From IMG/VR virus record IMGVR_UViG_3300049491_000829, positions 126 through 64,125 of that record: DNA of 64,000 bases, one strand, 5' to 3'. The notes beneath the pieces are model-generated. The model was not told the DNA's origin and did no database searches. It saw only the letters and a program-made list of their open reading frames with translations. Shown here one piece after another: positions 48,901 to 58,626 of this stretch (position 1 is its first letter; each line of letters starts with the position of its first letter). Both the position numbers and the translations under genes were made by a program. The stretch comes from a virus (Duplodnaviria; Caudoviricetes).

Positions 48901-49686
48901 TTATCTTCCTAACGCTGTTTGAATAGCATTCCATCTAGTAGTGAAACCCGCGATCGCAGCAGAGGGGATTGATTTGCCAGTTCCAAAGCCACCGATGTTC
49001 CTTGCAGTTACTACATCTGCTGCATTTCTGCCCATTGCGGCGATCGCAGCAGCAGGGAAGGATAAACCCGACGTTGATGCTGTAGTGGATTGAGCAATTT
49101 GCACCCCTCGCTGATAAATTGTCTGGGTTGCGTTGCTCTTAGTCCCGACAATCAAACCTGAAGAATTTGCGCTATTTGCAACGCTGATTCTTCCCGTGCT
49201 TGGGTTGCCTACGTCGAAGTAAAGATTGTCATCCCCATTCCAGCGAGGATGTATCAGAAGTCTTGGGGTATTTGTTGCATCCGATACTCCAAAAAAATCT
49301 CTGTTTGCTGCGGTTGATAAGTTATGGAAGAAAATTGAAAAATCGTTTATGTTCAGCAGATTAGCATTATGGGTTCTAAGTTCATTAGTTCCCGCAGTTA
49401 CAGTAACGCCTGTTGTGTTGTTGTAACTGGGCGTTCCCAAAAGCGTTAACCCTGCACTTTCCCCACTCCGAAACCATAGTTTTGTTAAGACTGTTGTAGA
49501 AGCAATCCAGCAACTTTCAACAATGTGATTTTGCCCGGCAGTATCTCGCAATCCGTTTGCGTAGCACCAAGTTACAAACTCATTAATAGCTGCGATCGCG
49601 GCTGGGAGAATGACTGCGCTTCCTGTTATTCTGCTTAGAAATGCGATTGTATCAGGATGCAATTGCATTATTAATGGTAATGGCAT
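48901..49686 (-). CDS. Virion protein with LamG/concanavalin-like domain
   Basis: Beta-rich, small-residue rich; in the tail block. Confidence 0.55.
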   Translation of the reverse strand: MPLPLIMQLHPDTIAFLSRITGSAVILPAAIAAINEFVTWCYANGLRDTAGQNHIVESCWIASTTVLTKLWFRSGESAGLTLLGTPSYNNTTGVTVTAGTNELRTHNANLLNINDFSIFFHNLSTAANRDFFGVSDATNTPRLLIHPRWNGDDNLYFDVGNPSTGRISVANSANSSGLIVGTKSNATQTIYQRGVQIAQSTTASTSGLSFPAAAIAAMGRNAADVVTARNIGGFGTGKSIPSAAIAGFTTRWNAIQTALGR

Positions 49687-50028
49687 CTACGCGATCGCTC
49701 CAAAAATTCGCCATTCGTTTGCTGCAATTTTCCGTAAATAACAAGTTGTGTACTGCCCTACGATTTGATGTCCAGTAGTTGCTGTACTGCCCAATCTACG
49801 AATTACTACCCCGGCTGCTGCTGTAAAAGTGACAGTTCCCGCTCCGTCGCGCTGGACTTCGATTGTTGTCCAAACTGGTAAATTAAAGGTTGCGTCTGCG
49901 GGCACAGTGATTGCGATCGCGGATGCATTTGTACAGTACTGGAGAGAGAAAGCATCGTCATCAGCAAGTGTTTTATTTGCTGTAACAGTAAAAGGTGTTG
50001 GAAAGTTATAAGGACGGCTGTAAACCAT
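49687..50028 (-). CDS. Small tail-fibre-type beta protein
   Basis: AITVP...I.V...GAGTVTFTAAAGV...LRKIAANEW.IFG. Confidence 0.65.
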   Translation of the reverse strand: MVYSRPYNFPTPFTVTANKTLADDDAFSLQYCTNASAIAITVPADATFNLPVWTTIEVQRDGAGTVTFTAAAGVVIRRLGSTATTGHQIVGQYTTCYLRKIAANEWRIFGAIA

Positions 50029-50030
50029 TT

Positions 50031-51200
50031 TTAAATAGGAATAATAGCGTTGAGGAATGCTGTTTGTATTTGGACGTGCCCTGATGCGTTCATGTGGATA
50101 CCATCGCTTTGTAGCAAAGTGTCTCCTCCGTTGTTTAGCATTTGAGTATAAATATCAGCAAATCTGCATTGATACTTACGTGCTACTTCTTGAATTACTG
50201 CATTGTATTGAAGATGCAGCGCGTTATTTGCTCCAGTCCAGGGAGCGCCAGGACTGTAAGCATCTGGTCGAATATAAGGAATATTCCCTAAATATATTCT
50301 TGTCGGGCAAATTCTTTTTCTGATTAAATCTGCTGTAAAACTGTCAAGCTGATTTGTAAAATTTGTTAGGCTATTGCCATTCCATCGCAAGTCGTTCAAG
50401 CCATACATGAAAAACAAGTAATCAGGATATTCGCTGATTACTCGAATCCCATAAGAATCAAATCCATTTACTAACTGAGTTGTCGGAAATGGTTGAGTTG
50501 CCGCGTTTGTGTTTTGGAAAAGTGATGCACAAATTCCTTGATTATCCTCTGTTATCCCTAGTGATTGGGACAGCAGATAGCTAAATCTTTGAATTGCAGT
50601 AACAGTTGAGCCTAAAAAAATGGCGTAAGTATTGCTATCTCCAAGGAATACAGCAGTTGCTTTATCAACAGCAAATGTCGCTGTTGGGAGGGACAGAAAT
50701 TCCATCGTCCCCGTCCGGAAAGCCACGTTTCCGGACGACAGTACAAAAATAGTCGCAGGCGCTTCATTCCCTAATGCTGAAGCCATTGCTACAAACATTA
50801 ATGATTCAGAAGGACGACAAGAAGGAGGCAAAAGCGCGATCGCTTGCAAAAAAGAGGCTTGACCGCTTGATTTTGCAAGTATTCCTTTTAGTTCGACTAA
50901 TCCACCTGGATGCTTCCTATAAGAAGGGGTTGCAAATCCAGCCGCACCAGTCCACTTTCCCCAACCATTTAAATAGACAAATTGTGTCCAGGGTATAGAA
51001 CCTGATAGCGCGATCGCTTTGTCAATATCCAATGTTAGAGGAATTAATCCATCACTATCAGGTAAATCAATTTTTCTTGCTGCTTTTGGATTCCAGTTTA
51101 ACGAACCGCGATCGCCAAACTTAAGGCATTTTTGACCAACCCCTAGACCAATTTGAAAAGCATTATTTACGGAACCAATTAAATCTTTCCAAATGCTCAT
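50031..51200 (-). CDS. Tail-associated protein with SGNH/GDSL hydrolase domain
   Basis: FLGDSNT, YGLND, DGIHMN..GH; fibre-like LP..CRP segment. Confidence 0.78.
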   Translation of the reverse strand: MSIWKDLIGSVNNAFQIGLGVGQKCLKFGDRGSLNWNPKAARKIDLPDSDGLIPLTLDIDKAIALSGSIPWTQFVYLNGWGKWTGAAGFATPSYRKHPGGLVELKGILAKSSGQASFLQAIALLPPSCRPSESLMFVAMASALGNEAPATIFVLSSGNVAFRTGTMEFLSLPTATFAVDKATAVFLGDSNTYAIFLGSTVTAIQRFSYLLSQSLGITEDNQGICASLFQNTNAATQPFPTTQLVNGFDSYGIRVISEYPDYLFFMYGLNDLRWNGNSLTNFTNQLDSFTADLIRKRICPTRIYLGNIPYIRPDAYSPGAPWTGANNALHLQYNAVIQEVARKYQCRFADIYTQMLNNGGDTLLQSDGIHMNASGHVQIQTAFLNAIIPI

Positions 51201-51868
51201 TAGTTAGGATTGCAATAAAATAATTCGACTCGCGCACTACCTGCTGTTGCTCCTCCTGCGGCGTATGTAATTTGCAAAGCTTCTGTTGATGCGTTCGCCG
51301 CGATCGCTGGATATATCTCAAATTGAGTCAAAGCAGGCTGCTTTAAATCGACTTGAGTAGAAGCAACATATTTACTAGGCGTTCCAGAAGTCCCCACACT
51401 TAAAGTAGGAGTTCCGTTAAACGTGGTATCAATCGTAACTCTGACGCAGTTTACTACTGCGTTTGCTGGAAGCGTAAACATTGCTTTGGGGGAAGTATCA
51501 CCAAAAGCTAATGTGGTAGTGTCGCATCCAACGCGATCGGCTGTTGAACCTGCACTAATAAAGGATAAGATGCCAGCACCATTTGTTGACAAAACTTGCC
51601 CAGCGCTTCCAGCAGTTGCAGGAAATTCGAGTGCAAGAGGAGCTACTTGAGAACTCGGACGACGTAATGTATAAGTATTTGCAGATTCACTGTTGAGAAT
51701 AACTGTATCGCCTGATATGTCCGCTCGAAGTACTGCGATCGCAGCAAATGCAGCGTTTGCTGCATCGCGAATTCTAATCCTACCTGCGCTTGTTTCGATT
51801 GTATTGCCTGTCAAGCCAATTTTAAAAGTTGACAGCAAAGTTCCGACTAAATCTTTCCAAATACTCAT
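51200..51868 (-). CDS. Virion structural protein
   Basis: GSAGQVLSTNGAG.LS fibre motif; N-terminus paralogous to the next gene. Confidence 0.6.
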   Translation of the reverse strand: MSIWKDLVGTLLSTFKIGLTGNTIETSAGRIRIRDAANAAFAAIAVLRADISGDTVILNSESANTYTLRRPSSQVAPLALEFPATAGSAGQVLSTNGAGILSFISAGSTADRVGCDTTTLAFGDTSPKAMFTLPANAVVNCVRVTIDTTFNGTPTLSVGTSGTPSKYVASTQVDLKQPALTQFEIYPAIAANASTEALQITYAAGGATAGSARVELFYCNPN

Positions 51869-51914
51869 TCTATTAGACCTCTAAAATTACAAATCCGTTA
51901 CCTACCTGACTTGA

Positions 51915-52205
51915 CTATTCCTCACCCAAAACAACAGATGCGTTAAGCATCATGTTAAGTTTATGAGTCTCAATAATTACGTCTGACTCTTCCCCTGGCT
52001 CTAAATTCCAAAGCATTGATAATCCAATATCTTTATGCTCGTTCTCTGGCAAGCGACTGCGTACAAGCTCTTCTAGCTTTTCTTTTGCTTGGTTAAAGTC
52101 AAGAAGAATATTACAAAGCTGTTTGCAGTTTTCTCGAACATCCTCAATTATTTTTACTTGCTCTTCATCTGGCTGCTGATAACTAAAAATCTTGTCTACA
52201 TTCAT
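51915..52205 (-). CDS. Small helical protein resembling Acb2/Tad1-type sponge proteins
   Basis: FSYQQP...Q......VRE..K.L...LPENEHKDIGL...MMLNASVV; flanked by 30-bp direct repeats. Confidence 0.45.
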   Translation of the reverse strand: MNVDKIFSYQQPDEEQVKIIEDVRENCKQLCNILLDFNQAKEKLEELVRSRLPENEHKDIGLSMLWNLEPGEESDVIIETHKLNMMLNASVVLGEE

Positions 52206-52209
52206 TAGT

Positions 52210-52617
52210 CTAGACCTCTAGAATTACAAATCCATTACCTTGATTGCACCCCTCGCCTGGTGCGATTGTAAGCTTAATCGAAGTTGACGAAATATATTGA
52301 ACCATTGGCGAAGTCTCATACTCCGCGATCGCACTAGGATTATTTACATATTTGCTAATCAAGCGATCGCTATTCAAGTCATCCCCAAGCGACAAAAGCG
52401 AAGGTACGTTAAAAGGATTTAAAATAACAATTGACGCTCTCTTAATAAATCCTTGAATAGAAGTAATAGTTTTTGGCGTTGCGTCCCCCCAAGAAAAAGG
52501 AACTTTAATTCTATTTTGACTATGATTTACACTTGCATTTGGGAATACCGCGATCGCAACTCGCTCTTTGACAACACGTACAACCGCATCTTTTGCAATA
52601 ACAGTAACTAGCGTCAT
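52210..52617 (-). CDS. Virion structural protein
   Basis: Similar to the C-terminal half of 51200..51868 (WGDATPKTI vs FGDTSPKAM). Confidence 0.55.
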   Translation of the reverse strand: MTLVTVIAKDAVVRVVKERVAIAVFPNASVNHSQNRIKVPFSWGDATPKTITSIQGFIKRASIVILNPFNVPSLLSLGDDLNSDRLISKYVNNPSAIAEYETSPMVQYISSTSIKLTIAPGEGCNQGNGFVILEV

Positions 52618-53063
52618 CTTGTCACCTCTGGCGATACTTCAACCCAACCTTCAAGAATCCGCAACACGTTACCTTCTGGCGATTCAAGCTCTAGATCGTA
52701 AACCCAAATATTTCTGCCTGGGATTGCTTGTTCTCTTTCACTTGTGCGAACTTTCATTTTAGCTGCTAGCCAGTTTAATACCTTTGTTTGCGCTTGCGAT
52801 AGAAAGGGTTTGACTATTGTTCCTGTTGCGTTGCCTCCAGTTGATAAAGCAGCACTACCCAAAATTAAAGGAGCAAAAGAAAACGTTGCTTTCACTATTC
52901 CCCCTTCTTCTGCATAGCGATCGCGTATTTGTCCGCGTGGTGTCCATCTTGTAAAATCTCCCTCAATTACAATTGTCAACCAGTCAAATGTTATGCCTTG
53001 TTCGATTGCATAACGATTTGGATAATTATCAATATTTGTTAGATGGAAAATTGCCGAACTCAT
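52614..53063 (-). CDS. BppU-like tail/baseplate protein
   Basis: IEQGITF...VYDLELESP.G.V.RILEG.V.VSPEVTR. Confidence 0.65.
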   Translation of the reverse strand: MSSAIFHLTNIDNYPNRYAIEQGITFDWLTIVIEGDFTRWTPRGQIRDRYAEEGGIVKATFSFAPLILGSAALSTGGNATGTIVKPFLSQAQTKVLNWLAAKMKVRTSEREQAIPGRNIWVYDLELESPEGNVLRILEGWVEVSPEVTR

Positions 53064-53101
53064 AAAACCTCAGAGTTGACTTAGAGAAAAGTTTCCCTAA
53101 G

Positions 53102-53623
53102 TCATTGGATTAGTTGATCGAGGGGTACTCTTAAAAGCGTAAAACTAATTAAACATCCTGCAAGACTGCCATCAGGATACCAGTCTTGCTCTGTTCTTTG
53201 AAAGCGAGTCATGACGCATGGAGAATGCGATCGCGCACCCCAGACAAAAGCGAGTACAGGCGGTGCTTTTCCTTTTTCCACAGGCTTAAGGAATGCTGCA
53301 AGCTCATCAATATACTTTTCAATAAGCCTTGCTTGTCGTCTAGCAGGCTCGTCATTTTTGTTTGCTGGACTAATTATACTCCTTCCAGATATAGGTAAGT
53401 TGTTAATTGATAAAGTAAGATTCTCATTATTTCGCCATTGAACAAATTGCATTTCTGTAGCTGGAGAATTTGCAGTTGCATAGTTTGCAGCCGTTTCGTA
53501 GTTGATTTCAGTTGGCTGCAATAGAAACTTCCAGGAGCCTTTGCCATCTAAGCGCGAAATACCCGCGTAAGTTGCTTTGACTCGCTGAATAGTTGGCAAT
53601 GTTTTAATGACTTCTGGATTCAT
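53102..53623 (-). CDS. Contractile-tail tube initiator (CIS tube-like)
   Basis: FLLQPTEI, APPVLAFVWG, CVMT, PDGS; follows the tape measure gene. Confidence 0.72.
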   Translation of the reverse strand: MNPEVIKTLPTIQRVKATYAGISRLDGKGSWKFLLQPTEINYETAANYATANSPATEMQFVQWRNNENLTLSINNLPISGRSIISPANKNDEPARRQARLIEKYIDELAAFLKPVEKGKAPPVLAFVWGARSHSPCVMTRFQRTEQDWYPDGSLAGCLISFTLLRVPLDQLIQ

Positions 53624-53630
53624 GTAAATC

Positions 53631-55532
53631 TCAAGCTAATCTAACGTCTAACTCATTGGTAAGAGCATTTTCTATAATTGCGATCGCAGCCATTGCAATC
53701 TCCTGGGGCGTGCCAGATGGAAGATTCATTACAATCGATCCGGAATTAAAGTTTACAGTTGAGCCTGATGTTTTGCTTCCCCGAACTAAATTTGACATTT
53801 GTTGAGGATTTAAAATGAACTCGCTAGAATTCGCAATCACAGGTTTTGCACCTGCGGGGGCATTTCTCATCTCTTTGCTGATAGCTGGGAAATAGCCATC
53901 AGCAGCAGTAGGAATATTCCCTGCATATTTTGGCAGCAATCCAAGCAAGAATTTAGCCACTCCTAGATTACCGTTAATTGGAGCAAGAGGAGTAACGCCA
54001 GGCGCAGAGCCTAAACCGCGAGTTGTTGATTTTGCACTACCATCAACGCTTGAGTCGTCAATCAAACCAGTCGCAGATGCAATTGGTCTAAGTAAATTTT
54101 TGACTGCGTTGACTGCGCTACCGATTAAATTAAAAATGAATTTTGCACCGGATACAAGAGTGTTTAAAACGGGTGCAACAAATAAAGCATTGATTCCCTC
54201 AACAACCGCGATCGCTGGTGCTGCAAGTCTTCCAAGAACGGGTGCAATAAATAAATCGTAAACAAATTTAGGAATACTTGACACCAAATCAACAACTAAA
54301 AAAGCTGCATTTTTTAGAGATGAGATTAAAAAAGATAGCAAAAATTCGCCAGCGAACAAAATAAGCCCTGGTAAATTCCCAATTATTCCTTTAGAAATTG
54401 AGCCAATAATCCCAAACAGGAAATCGCTAGCCCACATCCCTGCCTTTTGCCCTAATCCCTCAATATCTCCTGTATTCAAGCCTTTTAGCGATTCTGCAAC
54501 ACCTTTTAGCCAATTATTAAAGGATTCAACGCGATCGCGAACTGGAATCATCACATCTCCAGTAATCCCCAGTATTCGCGCAAGTTCCCAGAAAATACCG
54601 TCGTCCCCAATCACTAAATTAATTGTGTCATTAAGCGAAGTGAGTACGCTTTGATATCCCTCAACGTTAGGATTTAAATCGCGCTGAATGCTAAAAATTC
54701 CCACGTTTGGATCGAACAATCGATCTGTAAACGAAGATAACGTAGACTTACTTAGTTTTTGCAGCCTTGCTATATCATCGTCAGAGATTGCGGATTCTAG
54801 GGATTTAATTAAAATATTGATGCGATCGCTCAACGATACATCAGCAAAGCTTTTTGCACTAGAATTAATCGCTTTAAGATTGTCAACAAGTGCAGATTTT
54901 AACAGCGTGTTATCAGCAAAGAATTTATACTGATTCAATCCACGGGGTCCGATAGAGCCTGCAACATAAGCTGCGAGTGCTGCCCGTGTGTCGCGAATTC
55001 TAGTGTTGCTCAATTCTCCAAGCAATGCAGCTTTAGTGCTTGCATTTAACAATGCATCGCCTATCTCGTTTGCTGTTTTGCCAACTGTTTTCAGTCCTAG
55101 CGCAAAGTCATCCTGAATTGTTCTACTGATAACAGAGATATTCTCTGCGCTTGTTGGCAAATCCCGACCAAGAATACTTACTTGTTCGTAAAAGTTCTTG
55201 ACGTATTTTGCTGCATCGTTGTACCCCAGTCCTAGCGTTTTTGTAGCTGTTGTGATTGCGTTCAATTCCTCCGCTTGTCTATCCAGCCCCGCGCTTAAAG
55301 TGTCATTTAAAGCAGATATCCCTGCTCGCGCTGTATTGATTGCACCAGCGATCGCAGCAGTTTGTAAATTTGCATACCCCAGCGCGTTTGCAAGACTATT
55401 TCCTAGTCCTCCTATTCCTCCGTTTGCTCCTGCCGCTGCGGCTTGTAATCCGCGCAAATTCTCACCAACGCTCTTAAATGCAGCTTGGGTTAAATCCCTT
55501 GCGATTAATAAAATTTCTGCAACTTCTGACAT
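53631..55532 (-). CDS. Tape measure protein
   Basis: I.ARDLTQAAFKSV start, Ala/Gly-rich helical body, NSSEFILN motif. Confidence 0.8.
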   Translation of the reverse strand: MSEVAEILLIARDLTQAAFKSVGENLRGLQAAAAGANGGIGGLGNSLANALGYANLQTAAIAGAINTARAGISALNDTLSAGLDRQAEELNAITTATKTLGLGYNDAAKYVKNFYEQVSILGRDLPTSAENISVISRTIQDDFALGLKTVGKTANEIGDALLNASTKAALLGELSNTRIRDTRAALAAYVAGSIGPRGLNQYKFFADNTLLKSALVDNLKAINSSAKSFADVSLSDRINILIKSLESAISDDDIARLQKLSKSTLSSFTDRLFDPNVGIFSIQRDLNPNVEGYQSVLTSLNDTINLVIGDDGIFWELARILGITGDVMIPVRDRVESFNNWLKGVAESLKGLNTGDIEGLGQKAGMWASDFLFGIIGSISKGIIGNLPGLILFAGEFLLSFLISSLKNAAFLVVDLVSSIPKFVYDLFIAPVLGRLAAPAIAVVEGINALFVAPVLNTLVSGAKFIFNLIGSAVNAVKNLLRPIASATGLIDDSSVDGSAKSTTRGLGSAPGVTPLAPINGNLGVAKFLLGLLPKYAGNIPTAADGYFPAISKEMRNAPAGAKPVIANSSEFILNPQQMSNLVRGSKTSGSTVNFNSGSIVMNLPSGTPQEIAMAAIAIIENALTNELDVRLA

Positions 55533-55558
55533 AACTAATCACTTAGAGAAACTTTTCC

Positions 55559-56092
55559 CTAAGTCGTGAATTGGATTTGCAAGTAACACCAACAGGGTAA
55601 AAAGTTTTTTGCGAGTTTTTCTACCAAAGAGCGATCGCTCGTATTGGGTGCGTAGCTAGGCGGGACTTGGATTATCCAAGAAAAAGGGTCACTCCCCAAA
55701 GGATTATTAAGCCTTGTTACGCCCAAAATAAATCCGCTACTAGGAACTAAAGACGCATTTAAATTAAAAAGTTGAAACAGAAAAGGTAATATTTTTTTGT
55801 TGCCTCGATTTCTCCAGATGTAATCAGTGTTTGCCAAAAGCGATCGCTTGACATCTACTTGCCAGGATGCGTCCCATAAATCGCCCCAACCACCCCAACG
55901 CGCAAGCATGTCGAGCCATTCAGGAAAACAAGTCTCAGGCTCTAATCTATCTGTTTCGTAGTAAGCAAGAAGAACGCTCCAAAATTGGAATCCTTCATCA
56001 ATCCCTGCTGTTAGGGCATTTGCAATTTCTTCCATCTCGCTGCGATCGCGATAACATTTAGGTAAACTATTAACGATCAAGTTTTCACTCAT
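55559..56092 (-). CDS. Baseplate wedge protein, P2 gpI-like
   Basis: PETCFPEWLDMLARW.GW...KRSLL...WRNRG. Confidence 0.8.
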   Translation of the reverse strand: MSENLIVNSLPKCYRDRSEMEEIANALTAGIDEGFQFWSVLLAYYETDRLEPETCFPEWLDMLARWGGWGDLWDASWQVDVKRSLLANTDYIWRNRGNKKILPFLFQLFNLNASLVPSSGFILGVTRLNNPLGSDPFSWIIQVPPSYAPNTSDRSLVEKLAKNFLPCWCYLQIQFTT

Positions 56093-56426
56093 GGATGTTT
56101 CATTTCCCCTGTCTTACAATAACTACGGCTCTTTACAACTTGTTGACGGCAGTAGCAAATACACTTCGCAGATTAAACATCTACTAAACACCGTTGTTAC
56201 TGAGCGCTTACTTTCTCCTAACTTTGGATTTCCAATCGACTTGCTTTACAATCTGCCATTGCCTGATTTAGTTGCAGAAAGAATTAGACTTGCGATCGCT
56301 CCTTATCTTCCAATTCCTTTTGCTGTTAAAATCAATGCCCCTGTCAACGGAAAATTAGGGATAGAAGTAGCAATCGGAGAAGAAGAACCAGAGGTGATAA
56401 TTTACGACTTGCGATTATTCGCTTGA
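56091..56426 (+). CDS. GPW/gp25-family baseplate protein, inverted relative to the tail operon
   Basis: SFPL, IKHLLNT..TERLLSPNFG. Confidence 0.78.
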   Translation: MDVSFPLSYNNYGSLQLVDGSSKYTSQIKHLLNTVVTERLLSPNFGFPIDLLYNLPLPDLVAERIRLAIAPYLPIPFAVKINAPVNGKLGIEVAIGEEEPEVIIYDLRLFA

Positions 56427-56618
56427 TTCGTATCTGTCCTTCATTTCTTCGTTATACCAATTTAGAGTGTTTAGCATAAGCTGGATTATTGGAATTGGAA
56501 TATCATTCCATTGCTCGTAATTCGTGAAACTCTTATTGTTTAGAAGAAATACCATTTTTAACCATTCATCATTGCTCGCGTTGAGCAAAGCGAAAGTTGG
56601 CAGAGAAGAATTTATCAT
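56415..56618 (-). CDS. Tail assembly chaperone, second ORF (gpT-like)
   Basis: Overlaps the chaperone end; WNDIPIPII motif; start uncertain. Confidence 0.5.
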   Translation of the reverse strand: MINSSLPTFALLNASNDEWLKMVFLLNNKSFTNYEQWNDIPIPIIQLMLNTLNWYNEEMKDRYESSE

Positions 56619-56904
56619 AAGCAGCTTGCAAAACCATGCAAGCTTTGTCCCTACTAGGTTCTAGCAATTCCAACGAAGTTATACCATTGCGATCGCCCCA
56701 TTTAGTTATTACTAAAGCTAAAGTTTTTTCTAATCCATTTTCGTCACCTTGGAATTCGCGAAGGGTAGAACGATCGCGTCTTGTCACAGCGCGTATATGC
56801 ACTTCGACGCTTTCTTTGCCATAATTGTCAGGGATATTATGAATAATCAACTTCCCTTCTTCTTCGTCAAAATCGTAAATAATTTCCGCAGTTGCCATGT
56901 TCAA
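56569..56904 (-). CDS. Tail assembly chaperone
   Basis: Follows the tube gene; HIRAVTRRD motif. Confidence 0.6.
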   Translation of the reverse strand: MNMATAEIIYDFDEEEGKLIIHNIPDNYGKESVEVHIRAVTRRDRSTLREFQGDENGLEKTLALVITKWGDRNGITSLELLEPSRDKACMVLQAAYDKFFSANFRFAQREQ

Positions 56905-57363
56905 TTATGCAGTTACAACAACTCCTTCACCACCTTGGACGCGCTGAACATCTTCAGTTGAACCAATGCCATTGAAGGATATTTGCAGTTTAACATCTGC
57001 TGCACTATTACTTGCTTTATCAAATTCCCCGTATTCTAATCTCAACAGTCGTACACCCGTTAGGATTGTTACTAATTCACCAATTTGATGAGTTGCAACA
57101 AGGCTACCGTCTTTGCCCTTTGCACTGTTGTAGAGCGATCGCAAAGTAATAAACTGCGGCTTGCTCAATATCCCTGTCAAAGTGATATTTTCATACTCTG
57201 TTTGACCAATTAAAAAAGACATCCTGTCAGTGTTTGGATCGTAATATTTATCGCCAACAACGGGAGCTTCAACAATTGCGCTTCCTGACGAGAAAATATA
57301 TTGCAAAGACTGAATTTCAACTTTTCCTTTTGATTTAGGTGCTGGGAAGTATTTTTCTGCCAT
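56905..57363 (-). CDS. Tail tube protein
   Basis: G.TEYENITL..., EFDKASNS; follows the sheath gene. Confidence 0.75.
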   Translation of the reverse strand: MAEKYFPAPKSKGKVEIQSLQYIFSSGSAIVEAPVVGDKYYDPNTDRMSFLIGQTEYENITLTGILSKPQFITLRSLYNSAKGKDGSLVATHQIGELVTILTGVRLLRLEYGEFDKASNSAADVKLQISFNGIGSTEDVQRVQGGEGVVVTA

Positions 57364-57410
57364 TTTTTTATTCCTACTTTAGGACTTAGGGAAACTTTTC
57401 CCTAAGTTGT

Positions 57411-58625
57411 TTAGACATTGCCTGTGGGGATTAAATCAACGTTGATAAGCTCGATTTCAATCATCTCTAAAGTTTCGACAAATCGACAATATGCAGATAT
57501 CTTGATTCTGCGAAGATTCCTTGGTAAAGCTGTCGTCACAGGTGTCGTAGGCGTGGGATTCGTGGTTGCAGGAGGTGCAACCGGATCGACAGCAGGCGTA
57601 ACAGGTACATCACGCTCGACAATTCGATAAGCATCCTGCGGCGTGGAACCTGATAAGCCACCATCTGCGTAAGCTTGTTCCAGCAAACTCGTAATTAATC
57701 GCAGAACTTCGCCTCTGGTATATCCCTGTGGGTCCGATGGCTCGAATAGCTGAGGAAGTAAAGCGATCGTCAACTGACGAGAGACAATACTCATGGCAAC
57801 GCGAGTATTGATATTGCTAAATCTTGCTTCCTTTGCAAGCGTCCGCGCACCCCATAGACATTTCCCGTAAGTAGGAATATCTTGACAGCAATTAATACCT
57901 TTACCGCGTAACTCATCGTAATCAGCAGGAAGAACGATCGCGTAAGGTTCTGCTTTAGTCCCTTTAACTGGATAACGCACACCAGCCGGAGGATTATAGG
58001 GATTATCTCTAAACCTTTGTAGAGCGATCGCAGTTGCAATGACGGAAAGAGGAACAGCTTTATCTTCCAAATCTGTCAACATTCCATAATACAAAGAAGA
58101 ATGCCCCAAAGGTGAAGAGTATAATTGCGATTCTGTAACCGCTTTAGCAGGACTGTCAGTAGTTGTAGCTGTATTAAAAAAATGTAGCCATCCAAGTTTT
58201 ACGCATAACGCTTCTGCTTCTGCGTATACAGTTGTTCTGTCGTTTTGAAGCGCAATTGCGCTAAATTCTGGAATACAAACTAGATGCATTTCCAAATCGG
58301 ATTTATTACCAATTTGTTTGAGCGCATAAACTAAATGTCCTTTGTCTCCAGCAATTGCGATCGCAGGGTCTTTCGCTGCAATAAAGGATAATCTAGCTGC
58401 TGGGTAATTACGGAAAACAGCCCGAATTGAAGCAATCAATAAGTCAGATGCCCCTGTGAACTTTAATGCAAAATCCGCACTGTCCGCGATCGCAACTAAC
58501 TGATTTGCATTAGCTGCAAGCACTGGTACTGCAAAGCCAACGAGACAAATTCGATTGATAGAAGTTGCACTATTGCTAATACTTGGCTGGACTCTTTCAA
58601 TTATTGATAAACCTTGAATTGCCAT
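57411..58625 (-). CDS. Tail sheath protein
   Basis: PPAG, GINC, LWGARTL, INTR, FEP. Confidence 0.92.
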   Translation of the reverse strand: MAIQGLSIIERVQPSISNSATSINRICLVGFAVPVLAANANQLVAIADSADFALKFTGASDLLIASIRAVFRNYPAARLSFIAAKDPAIAIAGDKGHLVYALKQIGNKSDLEMHLVCIPEFSAIALQNDRTTVYAEAEALCVKLGWLHFFNTATTTDSPAKAVTESQLYSSPLGHSSLYYGMLTDLEDKAVPLSVIATAIALQRFRDNPYNPPAGVRYPVKGTKAEPYAIVLPADYDELRGKGINCCQDIPTYGKCLWGARTLAKEARFSNINTRVAMSIVSRQLTIALLPQLFEPSDPQGYTRGEVLRLITSLLEQAYADGGLSGSTPQDAYRIVERDVPVTPAVDPVAPPATTNPTPTTPVTTALPRNLRRIKISAYCRFVETLEMIEIELINVDLIPTGNV

Positions 58626-58626
58626 A

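Noticed and set aside
48291-48934. ORFs 48291..48494, 48572..48856 and 48578..48934
   Set aside because: Overlapping alternatives without recognisable motifs; one minus-strand gene may be real but I cannot fix its limits.
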